Origin: an uncultured Bacteriovoracaceae bacterium
GTDB taxonomy: Bacteria; Bdellovibrionota; UBA2428
Reading direction: 5' to 3'
Length of the DNA stretch: 64,000 nucleotides
NCBI GenBank assembly: GCA_964477895.1
Contig: CAYZFQ010000001.1
Coordinates: 343,750 to 407,749, forward strand
The translations under genes were made by a program, and so were the position numbers. Position 1 is the stretch's first letter; the number at the start of each line of letters is the position of its first letter. The notes beneath the pieces are model-generated. The model worked only from the letters and a program-made list of their open reading frames with translations, searched no databases and had not been told where the DNA came from. Shown here one piece after another: positions 10,166-19,927 of the stretch.

Positions 10166-12349
10166 ATGCAAGCGGGGACAAGCCCTTCTGTGCGTCCCTG
10201 GGATCTCAAAGTTCAGTTTTTAAAGGGAGTCGGCGATAAAATCGCCAAGCTCTTTGCCCATGGTGATATCTACACTCTCTGGGATCTCTTTCTCTTTCTC
10301 CCCCGCACCTACGAAGACCGGAGACACTTCTCTAACTTTGACGAGATCGAGCAGGCTTCTCTCACGCAGTCGATGGTGATCGGCCGGGGTTGGATCGATC
10401 GCTACAATCATCGACCCGTAGGAGGGGGGCGAAAACGCGTTCTGGAAGCCGTGCTGCGCATGGAGAAGAACAATGCCCTCTCGCCTTATATTAATTTCAC
10501 TTGGTTCAACGACTTTGGCGGCTCGCTGATGAATCGCTTTCCTGCCGGGTCGGAGGTGATTTTTCGGGGCAAGGTCCAGGGCTTTCGTGGAGCTCTACAG
10601 ATTGTGCATCCTGATTTACTGGATGCGAACACCGTGTTGCCCGAATGGGAATTCGGCGCCTATGTGCCCGTCTACCGAGAAATCGGTGGACTTTCGACCA
10701 AGGTCATTCGCAAGATGATTTTCTACGCCTTTGGGCGCAAAGAATTTTTAGCCATTCCAGAGCTTCTTCCGCGCTCACTTCTCGATCGTTACAGTCTCCC
10801 CACTTTTCGGGAGAGCTTAAAAGAGATCCACTTTCCCAAGAAATGGGAACCTTCGGGGGCAGATCTGCGGGCGGATGGAATTTATTTTCGAAGAATTGTA
10901 TTTGAAGAACTTTTTATGATGGCCCTGGCTTTGCATTTGCGAAAAGCCCAGTGGCGAGCGGAAAGTGCCCGCGAAGTGGATCGCATTCCAGAGATAAAAT
11001 ACTCTGAGGCAAAACTTAGCCAGGAAATAAAGAAACTTCCCTATACTCTTACGGGCGATCAGCAAAAATCCTTGAATGATATTCTTCAGGATTTGTCACT
11101 AAGCAAAGATCGATCGCCCATGCATCGTTTGGTCCAAGGAGATGTGGGTAGTGGCAAAACCATAGTTGCCTTTTTATCAGCCCTAGCTGCTATGGATGCA
11201 GGATTTCAGGTGGCCTATATGGCGCCCACTGAAATTTTAGCTGACCAGCACTACCAAAATTTCTCAAAATTTTTCCCCGAGCACTCCCACCTGGCTTACC
11301 TGCTTAAGGGTGCTCTCACTCTAAAAAATAAAAAAGAAGTCAGGGCTAAGGTTGAAAGTGGCGAAGCAAGATTTGTGATCGGAACCCAGGCTCTGCTTAC
11401 CGAAGACACACTTTTTGAGAAACTTGGGCTTATCATCGTAGACGAACAACATCGCTTCGGTGTGGAGCAGCGCCTGGGCCTGAAGAGACAGAGCGCAAAG
11501 CTTTGGCCTCATTTACTTGTGATGACCGCCACTCCTATTCCGCGTTCGCTAGCGCTCAGTCTCTATGGCGACCTCAGTATGAGTGTAATTCGTGAGAAGC
11601 CTCCGGGGCGAACGCCTATTCGTACCCACATTGTAAAGCAGCGGGCTTATGCGGCTCTTAAAGAAAGGCTTCAGAAATTTTTAGATGAGGGTCGGCAGAT
11701 TTATATTGTCTACCCTCTGGTGGAAGAGTCTGAGGAGCTGGATCTTAAAGATGTGCAGAATGCTTTTAAAGAGTGGTCTCAGACTTTTGGCGAAAACCAA
11801 GTTGGGCTTTTGCACGGACGACTTAAGTCCAAAGATAAAGAGCAAGTCATGCGGGATTTCAAAGACGGCAAGATCAAAGTCTTGGTCTCCACCACGGTTA
11901 TCGAAGTCGGCGTGGACGTTCCTCAAGCCAGTGTGATTGTGATATTCCATGCCGAGCGCTTTGGCTTAGCCCAACTTCACCAGCTGCGCGGTCGGGTGGG
12001 GCGAGGTGCTACCCAAAGCTATTGTGTTTTAGTGGGGCCCGACAACCCGGGCCTACTCGTGGATGAGCGATTGAAGATTTTAGAACAAAGCGAAGACGGC
12101 TTTCTTGTGGCCGAAAAAGATTTGGAGATTCGCGGACCCGGTGAATTTTTAGGCCGCAAGCAAAGTGGTTTGCCCGGATTTCGGGTGGCTCATATTTTAC
12201 GGGATGTGGAGTTGCTCGAGGTCGCGCGCGAGGAGGCTCGGAAGATTTTGGAGGATGATCCTACGCTTAGGAAGGCGGAGAATCAGGCGCTGCGCGAAGG
12301 CTTGGTTTATTGGTGGAAGGGTCGCTTGGAGCTTACGCAGAGTGGGTGA
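10166..12349 (+). CDS. recG: ATP-dependent DNA helicase RecG, about 727 aa
   Basis: Helicase motifs GDVGSGKT, DEQHRFGV and QLRGRVGRG plus a wedge domain. Start chosen at ATG 10166 just after the greA stop; the track ORF begins earlier at 10079, inside greA. Confidence 0.9.
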   Translation: MQAGTSPSVRPWDLKVQFLKGVGDKIAKLFAHGDIYTLWDLFLFLPRTYEDRRHFSNFDEIEQASLTQSMVIGRGWIDRYNHRPVGGGRKRVLEAVLRMEKNNALSPYINFTWFNDFGGSLMNRFPAGSEVIFRGKVQGFRGALQIVHPDLLDANTVLPEWEFGAYVPVYREIGGLSTKVIRKMIFYAFGRKEFLAIPELLPRSLLDRYSLPTFRESLKEIHFPKKWEPSGADLRADGIYFRRIVFEELFMMALALHLRKAQWRAESAREVDRIPEIKYSEAKLSQEIKKLPYTLTGDQQKSLNDILQDLSLSKDRSPMHRLVQGDVGSGKTIVAFLSALAAMDAGFQVAYMAPTEILADQHYQNFSKFFPEHSHLAYLLKGALTLKNKKEVRAKVESGEARFVIGTQALLTEDTLFEKLGLIIVDEQHRFGVEQRLGLKRQSAKLWPHLLVMTATPIPRSLALSLYGDLSMSVIREKPPGRTPIRTHIVKQRAYAALKERLQKFLDEGRQIYIVYPLVEESEELDLKDVQNAFKEWSQTFGENQVGLLHGRLKSKDKEQVMRDFKDGKIKVLVSTTVIEVGVDVPQASVIVIFHAERFGLAQLHQLRGRVGRGATQSYCVLVGPDNPGLLVDERLKILEQSEDGFLVAEKDLEIRGPGEFLGRKQSGLPGFRVAHILRDVELLEVAREEARKILEDDPTLRKAENQALREGLVYWWKGRLELTQSG

Positions 12350-12539
12350 GGGGGCTAGTGAGGTTTTTGGGTGGGGTTTGCGCTGTTAAGGTATTATCTG
12401 TCAGATTTATAGTGCGGCAGTTGGGGTGAAATCTAGGGGGAAACAATCAAGAGGCCCATGCATTTCGCAACAATAGTCGATCGGTAGGCTTTAGTTTAAA
12501 ATCATGGGTTGAAATTTTACTTTAAGTCTTCATCATTCT

Positions 12540-13343
12540 TTAGTGCTTCTTCAACGGACTTGACGCCTGATCGCGGGGGTCCTGAGGTATTTTGATAGTT
12601 ATTATCGCGACTGGAACGAATTCGGAAACACTCTTAAGACTGCCTTCTTCTTCATAGGTGACTTTAGTGTCTCCGTATGAAAAATATGGGACCTCTATGC
12701 CATTCACTGGAATTTTCCCTTGTATTGGAGCAATAATTCTCATCTTTGGATCGCTGGGATCTCGGAGAACTATATTTTTTCCATCATATGACTCTATGAT
12801 TTGAGCATGACTGAATGCGACTTCCTTTGACGAGGGTTTCAAAAAAGCGGTTATTAAAAGCTTTAATTCATTAGGACCTGGTTTTAATCGATTCGCGTCA
12901 AATTTACTTATGGGTATTAACGAAGGGGAAACCGGGCCGACTTCTATTCCCATTTGCACTCCCTCGACATCAAATTTAAGGGGTGAAATTTTCTTCTGCA
13001 GTTCTTTAAGTGCGTTAACCACCTCAAGTGGGGTCATACCCCCATTAGGTTTAACTGCATCCTTAACAAAAACCTCTAATAATCGCTGAGGATTTTCAAT
13101 AGGATCCTGACCGGAAGCTGCCGCGGCTCCTTGAAGGACATTCACGATACAAGTTGCGCCACATAGACCGCGCCTGCCGATAATGGAGGTCTGGTTGACC
13201 AAAAGATTTTTCGATGCAAGATCTTCCCACGAAAACGGATGTAGGAGTTTCGCGGCCGAAGGTTCTTCTAAATCAGCTGTACCATGATCGGCCGCAAATA
13301 TCGCCCAGCTCAAAAACATAACCCAACAGCAAAAACGATTCAT
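12540..13343 (-). CDS. secreted protein with peptidase-C39-like (papain-fold) domain, 267 aa
   Basis: Signal peptide. A Gln lies 13 residues before CGATCIVNVLQ, and HAQIIESYDGKNIVLRDP follows later, matching the C39/C39_2 Q...CG...H..DP catalytic pattern. Confidence 0.4.
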   Translation of the reverse strand: MNRFCCWVMFLSWAIFAADHGTADLEEPSAAKLLHPFSWEDLASKNLLVNQTSIIGRRGLCGATCIVNVLQGAAAASGQDPIENPQRLLEVFVKDAVKPNGGMTPLEVVNALKELQKKISPLKFDVEGVQMGIEVGPVSPSLIPISKFDANRLKPGPNELKLLITAFLKPSSKEVAFSHAQIIESYDGKNIVLRDPSDPKMRIIAPIQGKIPVNGIEVPYFSYGDTKVTYEEEGSLKSVSEFVPVAIITIKIPQDPRDQASSPLKKH

Positions 13344-13513
13344 TTTTAAAATTTTAACATATTGAGCACCTGCGTTTCAGAATTTAAGTACCCCTGGATT
13401 TTCGGTCATACGCCGTCAAAAATCCATCTGCCTTATTGACCAATGATTTCCTAAGTAATCTTGCATCAATAACCGCGAAATTTTCCGCCCAACAACCTGG
13501 CACGAAAAATCTA

Positions 13514-13542
13514 AGGTCCAACCTCAACCCTCAACGGATTGA
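13514..13542. repeat. second copy of 29-nt motif GGTCC(G/A)ACCTCAACCCTCAACGGATTGA (28/29 identical to 835..863)
   Basis: Direct comparison of the two loci. This copy lacks the 3' stem arm and sits in the divergent intergenic region between 12540..13343(-) and 13615..14667(+). Confidence 0.7.
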
Positions 13543-13556
13543 AAGCAAAACGCCGG

Positions 13557-13567
13557 CCCCCCCCCCC
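13557..13567. repeat. homopolymeric C11 tract, 15 nt downstream of the motif and 48 nt upstream of gene 13615
   Basis: Counted directly (gg-CCCCCCCCCCC-tcactcc). Confidence 0.9.
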
Positions 13568-13614
13568 TCACTCCTTCTTGACATGATGCGCAAAAACCCA
13601 CTATCACTGCGAGG

Positions 13615-14667
13615 GTGATTCTAAGCAAATGCCGAGCCAAGCTCCTTATATCGCTGATATTTTTTTCAGGCGCTGCGCAGGCTAAATTAGATTTTGCTAC
13701 AGCAACTGAAATACTCCGGACTTCCAGAAGTCATAGCAGTCAGGTAATAGCAGCGGCCATTTCCGAGCTTTTTTCCTATCAAAGAATTGAAGGACAAAGG
13801 CGGCAAGTTTTCGAAAGTCTGCCTTTGGCCGACAAAACTCTTTTTTTAAAACAAATCTCGAAACTCAGTCCAGCGGAAGCTTTTTCCTACTTAGAGTTTG
13901 CACCAACTTATATAGGACTCGCGAGTGCCCAGGTCAGCTCTGATTTGGAGATGAAGGCCTACGTTGAGGTCTACCTCGAAGTGCTTTCCCAATTTCAAGG
14001 ACGAGGAGTTAATTATCTCTGGGGGATCGTATCGACTCTTCCGCACTCTCCTTTTAGTCCGCAAGCGATCTCCCAAAAGGATGCTGCCATCGCTGAAATA
14101 TATTCTCGGCTGAGTCTGCTTGAGCATGATGAGAGCTTTTTGAACGTTGAAATTAATCAGGTTCAAAGCAGCTATAAGGTGACTGATATTCAGCCTCTGG
14201 AACTTCTCGAGACCCAGATGAGGGAAGGGGCTGCTCCCTTAGCTTTTTCTGCATGGAATCGCCTAGCCTTTGGCCTTACTAACCACCGAGGTCCACGTGC
14301 CCAGGCCCTGCGTCAAGACATCTTAGATCGCGCGTCTCCCGACATGGCCATCGCCGTGCTGACCGGTCTTCTTCGAGGCCATAACGACGCCGATACCTTC
14401 TATATTTTGCTCCGGGCCCTAGGTGAAAACTTTCGACCGGACTCCCTTGCTATTCGGCAAGCGGCTTTAAGGGGCCTTCTACACTTCGAGGGGCCTGGCG
14501 TTGAATTTCTACTGGGGCGCGTGCTCTCGTCCACCTATGCCAAACAGGGCTTTGAGAAAGACCTCATTAAGCACCTTCGCACGCATAAGCTCGGTCGCCT
14601 TCTGTCGTGCCCGGGCGCCTTCCCCAATTCGGCATTGCCTGCCACTCCCGAATCCTCTAAAAGGTAA
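13615..14667 (+). CDS. hypothetical secreted protein, 350 aa
   Basis: N-terminal signal peptide (LLISLIFFSGAAQA). No recognised domain. Confidence 0.55.
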   Translation: MILSKCRAKLLISLIFFSGAAQAKLDFATATEILRTSRSHSSQVIAAAISELFSYQRIEGQRRQVFESLPLADKTLFLKQISKLSPAEAFSYLEFAPTYIGLASAQVSSDLEMKAYVEVYLEVLSQFQGRGVNYLWGIVSTLPHSPFSPQAISQKDAAIAEIYSRLSLLEHDESFLNVEINQVQSSYKVTDIQPLELLETQMREGAAPLAFSAWNRLAFGLTNHRGPRAQALRQDILDRASPDMAIAVLTGLLRGHNDADTFYILLRALGENFRPDSLAIRQAALRGLLHFEGPGVEFLLGRVLSSTYAKQGFEKDLIKHLRTHKLGRLLSCPGAFPNSALPATPESSKR

Positions 14668-14669
14668 GC

Positions 14670-14867
14670 ATGATTAGCTTTGGTCACCTTATTATTCTTC
14701 TCGTGATCCTCCTTCTCTTTTTTGGCCCCACACGCATTGAAGGCGTGGGTTCGGCTTTGGGCCGTGCTGTACGCGGCTTTAAAAAGGGATTGGATGGGTC
14801 GGAAGATGAAGTGGCCAAAGCCAAAGACGTTACGCCGCCCAATGAGAAGAGCAGCACTCCGGCTTAA
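14670..14867 (+). CDS. tatA: twin-arginine translocase subunit TatA/E, 65 aa
   Basis: MISFGHLIILLVILLLFFGPTRIEGVGSALGRAVRGFKKG matches the TatA TM helix, hinge FG(P) and amphipathic helix. No tatB/tatC adjacent. Confidence 0.85.
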   Translation: MISFGHLIILLVILLLFFGPTRIEGVGSALGRAVRGFKKGLDGSEDEVAKAKDVTPPNEKSSTPA

Positions 14868-15982
14868 GGCCCCACTTTTGCTGGAAACCCTAGGGTTGAT
14901 CGATGCAACTGGCCCTTGGCCTTTTCTACAAATACTTTGTTGTTCTTCGTTGAAAAGCGAATCAACTCGCCTTCCAAAACTTCCCGACCTTTTTTTACGG
15001 AGGCAATTTTCTCGAGAATAATGTCGCCCGTAGCTGGGAAAAACTGCGCTTCTTGGCAGGTGGCGTGGCGCTCGTCTACGTAAATTTCCACCTTGCCCGA
15101 CATTAAAATTCTCTGAACTCCGTCCACCTCGTCCATGGTCATTTTCTCAGCGCTCATGCGCACATTGTCTTTGGTCGTGGACGTTACGTTGCCAATGGCC
15201 TCCGATTTTTTCATGGATCCATCTTCGGCAAATTCAATATTTAAGCCCAAGCATTCAATTCGCATATTCTGCACATGGGCTTTAATTTTTTGGGCCGGAC
15301 GAGTTCCCAAGCCCGGAGTGTCGAGGGTCATTTTCTTGGGGCGTTGTTGATCGAATAAAATCAGCAGGCGTTCACCCTGGAGGTCGAGGGCTTCTGATTT
15401 TACATTCACAGAACGCAAAAAGTAGGCTTGGTGAAGGTCGGGATAAACTGTGGCGTTCTGAGCTTTGATTTCTAGACCCTTTCCCTTAGCAATTTTTTGT
15501 TCGGCCACCACATTTTGAAGGATCTGATACTTTTTCTGGATGAGTTCAATTTTTAGCCCCTGACCGGTCATTCTCAGGCTGGCGTCTTTGCGAGCGGCAG
15601 CCTCATTATGGGCCTCTACCTTCTCGTTGCTCGTCAAAATCTTCTCAGTTGCGTTGTAGGCTGCGTCGGTGGTTTTGAACAAAAAACCATCGGGACTTAA
15701 AACCTGGGATTCTCCGAAAATCTGGAAGTCTTGGTTGGCCGTGTTGAGCAGTCCCTGTCGTCCGCGCAGCTCGAAGGGCTCTTCCTTCTCCCCGTAGAGA
15801 AGGGCTAGGATCTGGTCCAATACGCTCAGGTTTTCGGCCTTAAAGATGCGGGCACTGTCGGCTCGAAGCTCCAGATTTCGCTTCTGCATTTTGCTTTCAA
15901 TCATGTGGAAGCCCTGAATCTCTACGGTGGGGCGTCCGTGAGGCATAACTAATGCGGCGAGTAACAGCGTGCCTCTCTTCAT
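14864..15982 (-). CDS. periplasmic protein, possibly OstA/LptA-like; about 372 aa from ATG 15982
   Basis: Track ORF runs to 16303, but a signal-peptide-like MKRGTLLLAALVMPHG begins at 15982. Beta-rich and lysine-rich. Functional call is weak. Confidence 0.45.
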   Translation of the reverse strand: MKRGTLLLAALVMPHGRPTVEIQGFHMIESKMQKRNLELRADSARIFKAENLSVLDQILALLYGEKEEPFELRGRQGLLNTANQDFQIFGESQVLSPDGFLFKTTDAAYNATEKILTSNEKVEAHNEAAARKDASLRMTGQGLKIELIQKKYQILQNVVAEQKIAKGKGLEIKAQNATVYPDLHQAYFLRSVNVKSEALDLQGERLLILFDQQRPKKMTLDTPGLGTRPAQKIKAHVQNMRIECLGLNIEFAEDGSMKKSEAIGNVTSTTKDNVRMSAEKMTMDEVDGVQRILMSGKVEIYVDERHATCQEAQFFPATGDIILEKIASVKKGREVLEGELIRFSTKNNKVFVEKAKGQLHRSTLGFPAKVGP

Positions 15983-16000
15983 GATGAAAAGTAATTTACA

Positions 16001-17668
16001 ATGGTGGGCATGGCCTTGAATACCGCAGTAGTGAAAAAATATATTTCTTTGGGCTTCCTTCTTTGGTCTGGGGTCATGCTCTTCTCCCCGGAATTGGGGG
16101 CCCAGGCGAAGAAAGCCCCGCTCCCGAAGGCCGCTGAGGTAAATAGCTCCACTAGCCCCTGGCCCTTTGATCATCGCCAGATCCTCCTCGTTAAGGACGA
16201 GAAACAGAACTTTCCCGACGATGCCGCAGTGGCGCAGTTGATGGATATTTTTGTTAAGAGGGGCCGGGTGCGCTGGGTGACCATGAAGGCAGGAACCGCG
16301 CAAATACTTCCTGTAGATGTTCCTCAGGATTTTGCCTGGCAGTCTACAAACGCTGTGCGTGAATTGGGTTTAAAATACAAAGTCGACGGCATTGTGCTCC
16401 TGGTTCAAAAAGGTGTGCAGCTTGATTTGCGTTGGTACGCCACTTTAGATGGGCAGCCACTTTTTTTTGAAACCCTCAGCTTGCCAGCAGCGGGTAGTCC
16501 GGTGGAGGAAGCTTTGCGCAAAAAGCGACTCCAGGATTGGACTCATGAAATCTGGGATCGAATTCCAGGCTTAGGTTATGTGGTGAATCGCGATTTGGGC
16601 ACTCTTAAAATTGAGGGGGTTGCACAGAATAATGTGAAGGTGGGGACCTCTTTAGAAATTCGCAGACTTGTAGATATGGAGCGACACCCACTTTTGAAAA
16701 CTTTAAATGGGATGAAAACGCAGCTTACGGGACGGGCCACTTTAGCAGATGTGGCGGACCCACTTTCGACTGCAAAAATTGATTACGAGTCTCAGGTGGA
16801 TCCCATTCAACCAGGTGATCGCTACTTAGTGGTGCTTGGAAAGAAAGTTGACCCAGCACCCGGCGAAGCCGTCGCGACGGCAAAGCCAGAGCCAAATATC
16901 GACGAACAAGGTCGGGAAAAACTTTCACTCTTTGGTGAAGAAAGTACTGAAGAGAAAAAAATTAGTGAGCCCAACTCGGGCGGACTCGTGGATGCTTGGG
17001 CGGGGATTGCCTTGGGAACAGCACGCTACCAGGAAAATACCAATAACAACGTGTATAAGAGCACGGGTTTCGCGCCCAGTGTTGAGATGGGGGCGCGGCT
17101 TTACGTAACCAGTGAATGGATTTTAGAGGGCGACTTCGCCATGTCCTTTATCAACTATCGCAACACGCCTGATGCCTATGGTTCATCCATTTCTTCCACC
17201 ACCAACAAAGTGGGGATGGGTGCGGCTTACCGATTTGTATTTATGGATGAGGGCCCTCAAAAAGGGGAAATGATCATGGGTTTAGGCTACCAACGCTTCG
17301 GAATGTCTATGAGCCAAGTGCGAGCTGCCATTTCACCCTCCAGCAAAAATTATTCAGGTTTCAATGTTAACTTCGCGGTGCAAATTCCCGTGATCGACAA
17401 CTATGCCGCCTTCCTCAAAGCAAATCGCATGTTTGGCACCAATCTTACTGAGAGCCCCGCCAGTTCCGGCGCCGATAGTTCTGATACATACTGGGATGTG
17501 ATGATGGGGGCGAAGTATCGCTTGAATCCGAGTGCCGACATTTTCGGAGGTTATCGAATGGTTACGGCGAGCAGTGATTTCACTCGGCAGGGAAGTCGGG
17601 CGACTATGGCCGATAGCTCGCTGTACCGAGCTAATTTATTTTTTGCGAATTATTTGTATCGGTTTTAG
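16001..17668 (+). CDS. outer-membrane beta-barrel protein, 555 aa
   Basis: Signal peptide and alternating amphipathic strands. C-terminal ...ANYLYRF ends in Phe, as in OMP signatures. Divergent from the gene starting at 15982. Confidence 0.55.
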   Translation: MVGMALNTAVVKKYISLGFLLWSGVMLFSPELGAQAKKAPLPKAAEVNSSTSPWPFDHRQILLVKDEKQNFPDDAAVAQLMDIFVKRGRVRWVTMKAGTAQILPVDVPQDFAWQSTNAVRELGLKYKVDGIVLLVQKGVQLDLRWYATLDGQPLFFETLSLPAAGSPVEEALRKKRLQDWTHEIWDRIPGLGYVVNRDLGTLKIEGVAQNNVKVGTSLEIRRLVDMERHPLLKTLNGMKTQLTGRATLADVADPLSTAKIDYESQVDPIQPGDRYLVVLGKKVDPAPGEAVATAKPEPNIDEQGREKLSLFGEESTEEKKISEPNSGGLVDAWAGIALGTARYQENTNNNVYKSTGFAPSVEMGARLYVTSEWILEGDFAMSFINYRNTPDAYGSSISSTTNKVGMGAAYRFVFMDEGPQKGEMIMGLGYQRFGMSMSQVRAAISPSSKNYSGFNVNFAVQIPVIDNYAAFLKANRMFGTNLTESPASSGADSSDTYWDVMMGAKYRLNPSADIFGGYRMVTASSDFTRQGSRATMADSSLYRANLFFANYLYRF

Positions 17669-18539
17669 ATTTGGAAGCTCGTCCTAAACTTTTACTCAAA
17701 AGATACAGCATCCCCGCCCAAATAAAGGTGAAACCCAAAAGCTTTAGCGAGGTCATGCGCTCACCATAAATTCCCACTCCGCACAAAAACATAAGTGTGG
17801 GCGCAATGAACTGAAAAAATCCCATGAGGTAATAAGGTAGTCTTCGAACAGCTTCGGCAAACCAGAAAAGGGGTAGGCCGGTGACTATACCTGAAGCTAT
17901 TAAAAGCCCCCATTGGTAGCTGCTATGGGCCGCGAGGTTTTCACGGGAGAAATAAAAAAATATAATTGTGAAAGGCAAAAGTAATAAGGTCTCCAGCTGA
18001 CCTCCGGCCAAGCTATCAATCGGTAAGAGCTTTCTCACGTAACCATAAAGACTAAAAGACACCGCGAGAGCCAGGGCGATCCATGGAATGCGGTGGGCTT
18101 CGAGCGTGATAAGCAACACGCCCACACTTACAATTGCGATGGCGAGTTTATGATATCCCTTAAGTCGCTCTTTGAGGAAAACAGTTCCCAGTAAAATATT
18201 TACAAGGGGATTTATAAAGTAGCCCAAACTCGATTCAACAATTTTTCCGGAATTCACCGCCCAAATGTAGAGAAACCAGTTTCCTGAAATAAGCACGGTG
18301 CTCAAAAATAAATAGATTGTGTGGCGTAGTGTGAGGGCGGAAAAAGGCAGGAATTTTTTATCTCGATAAAATCGTAGCAAGCTGTAAAAAATGCAGGCCC
18401 AAAAAAGTCGGTGGCAGAGGACTTCAAAGGCCGGGATGTCTTTGAGGAGCTTCCAGAAGATAGGTAAAAAACCCCAGCTGACATAGGCGAGCAGAGCGTA
18501 ACGTACGCCTTCGTCGAAGGAGCGGTTTTCGGACTTCAC
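17631..18539 (-). CDS. rarD: EamA/RarD-family (DMT) transporter, 302 aa
   Basis: Ten predicted TM segments. N-terminus GVRYALLAYVSWGFLPIFWKLL resembles the RarD signature. Confidence 0.75.
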   Translation of the reverse strand: MKSENRSFDEGVRYALLAYVSWGFLPIFWKLLKDIPAFEVLCHRLFWACIFYSLLRFYRDKKFLPFSALTLRHTIYLFLSTVLISGNWFLYIWAVNSGKIVESSLGYFINPLVNILLGTVFLKERLKGYHKLAIAIVSVGVLLITLEAHRIPWIALALAVSFSLYGYVRKLLPIDSLAGGQLETLLLLPFTIIFFYFSRENLAAHSSYQWGLLIASGIVTGLPLFWFAEAVRRLPYYLMGFFQFIAPTLMFLCGVGIYGERMTSLKLLGFTFIWAGMLYLLSKSLGRASKSKTDTNNSQKIN

Positions 18540-18540
18540 G

Positions 18541-18813
18541 CTATTTTTTCTTAGGCTGAGGAAGGTCGCGCTGAATGACAGAATCGTTGGCGCGCACGCT
18601 ACCTGCTCGATCGCGATTCTGATGAATTTCTATCTCGCGGTAGGCCTCACTTGTTCCGGGTGCCGTGGGTGGAGCCGGAAAGGGAGAGGGACTACCCGTG
18701 GGTATAGGAGGGGGCGGCAAAAGATGCACATTTGGCGCCTTCTTTTCAGAAGTCGCAAAGACAGATAGGGATAAAAAAGCACTTAGTTTAAGTGTGGTTC
18801 TTAGTGCGGTCAA
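18541..18813 (-). CDS. small proline-rich secreted protein, 90 aa
   Basis: Signal peptide plus a PPPPIPTGSPSPFPAPPTAP tract. Confidence 0.35.
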   Translation of the reverse strand: MTALRTTLKLSAFLSLSVFATSEKKAPNVHLLPPPPIPTGSPSPFPAPPTAPGTSEAYREIEIHQNRDRAGSVRANDSVIQRDLPQPKKK

Positions 18814-19072
18814 AGCGAGCTTTCTGGCGATTAAACCAATCGCGAAATTTGTCGTAAGACTCGTCTAATTCCAAAAGATTATCGAGACTTAGGTAATCCG
18901 TTCGAGCCGATACTTTTACTTTATCGGCATTGTAATAGGAATATTCGTCTTGGTTTAGTTCAACGGCTTCGACCCAGGCTTTAATGGCGTCTTTGAGCCA
19001 CATAGGAACGTTTCTGAGGTCGGCCTCGCGGGTATAATTTACCAGCTCCATTTTGATGTCATGTTGGTTCAT
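18788..19072 (-). CDS. hypothetical protein, 94 aa
   Basis: ORF only; acidic and helical. Confidence 0.35.
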   Translation of the reverse strand: MNQHDIKMELVNYTREADLRNVPMWLKDAIKAWVEAVELNQDEYSYYNADKVKVSARTDYLSLDNLLELDESYDKFRDWFNRQKARFDRTKNHT

Positions 19073-19075
19073 TGC

Positions 19076-19927
19076 TTATTCTTTTATCCTATCTAGGAGC
19101 CATTTGTGAAGAAATCCGTTGGAAGAAAGGATTTCTCCTGAAAAAAAATTAAGCTCTGAGCCATCGTGGTGACTGCATTCGCCGCCGGCTTCTTCCACAA
19201 GTAAAATTCCCGCTCCCGTGTCCCAGGGAGAAAGTCCCCATTCCCAGTAAGCGTCGATTCTTCCATTCGCAACAAAGGCCAAATCAAGGGCAGCAGAGCC
19301 GTCTCTTCTGACGCCTAGCGTTAATTTGGTAAGCTTTTTAAACAATTCAAAGGCTCTTTCCCCCGAGCTGGATCTTTCCGAGGCAAAGCCTGTGGTGAGG
19401 AGGGCCTGCGGGGGCTCTTTGACCTGGCTGACCCGAAGCTTTTGTCGGTTTAAAAAAGCTCCGTTGCCTCGGGAAGCCGTGAAGAGCTCATCGTTTACAG
19501 GGTTGTAGGTCACCGCACTTTGAACTTTCCACTTTCCATTTTTCTTTTCCGCAAACGCGGCCGTGGTGCAAAAAAAAGGATAGGCCCGGCTAAAGTTGGT
19601 GGTGCCATCGATGGGATCAAAAATCCAGAACGCATCAAAGTTTTTGGCAATTTCTTCGACCGACTTTTTGCCTGCAGCTACATTTTCTTCGCCAATTACG
19701 GGAATCCCGGGAAAGGCCGCTTCAAATTCGCTCTTTAAAAATTCGTCCATCCGTTTGTCGTAAAAAGTCACCAAATCTTTATGGGACGATTTTGTTTTCA
19801 TTTGCATGGAAGCGGTCCGACCCACAGCCGAGCCCGGGTTGGGAGCGTAGCCTTCCATGATCAAGGGTGAGCCTCGGCGTAGAATTTCTTCAGCCCGCTG
19901 GCTCATTTCAAGATAGGTTGCCTTCAT
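19076..19927 (-). CDS. suhB: inositol monophosphatase family protein (SuhB-like), 283 aa
   Basis: IMPase motifs WIFDPIDGTTNF and WDTGAG. Confidence 0.85.
   Translation of the reverse strand: MKATYLEMSQRAEEILRRGSPLIMEGYAPNPGSAVGRTASMQMKTKSSHKDLVTFYDKRMDEFLKSEFEAAFPGIPVIGEENVAAGKKSVEEIAKNFDAFWIFDPIDGTTNFSRAYPFFCTTAAFAEKKNGKWKVQSAVTYNPVNDELFTASRGNGAFLNRQKLRVSQVKEPPQALLTTGFASERSSSGERAFELFKKLTKLTLGVRRDGSAALDLAFVANGRIDAYWEWGLSPWDTGAGILLVEEAGGECSHHDGSELNFFSGEILSSNGFLHKWLLDRIKE

Noticed and set aside
13436-13618. 60-aa ORF spanning the motif and poly-C intergenic region
   Set aside because: It runs through a homopolymer tract and a repeated regulatory motif, has no SD, and reads as Pro/low-complexity translation of the C-tract. 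It is more likely noncoding leader sequence.
14670-14867. Possibility that the tatA-like ORF is a spurious small ORF
   Set aside because: Rejected the doubt. Sequence matches TatA TM, hinge and amphipathic helix closely, so it is kept as a feature. The absence of tatBC nearby is noted but not unusual.
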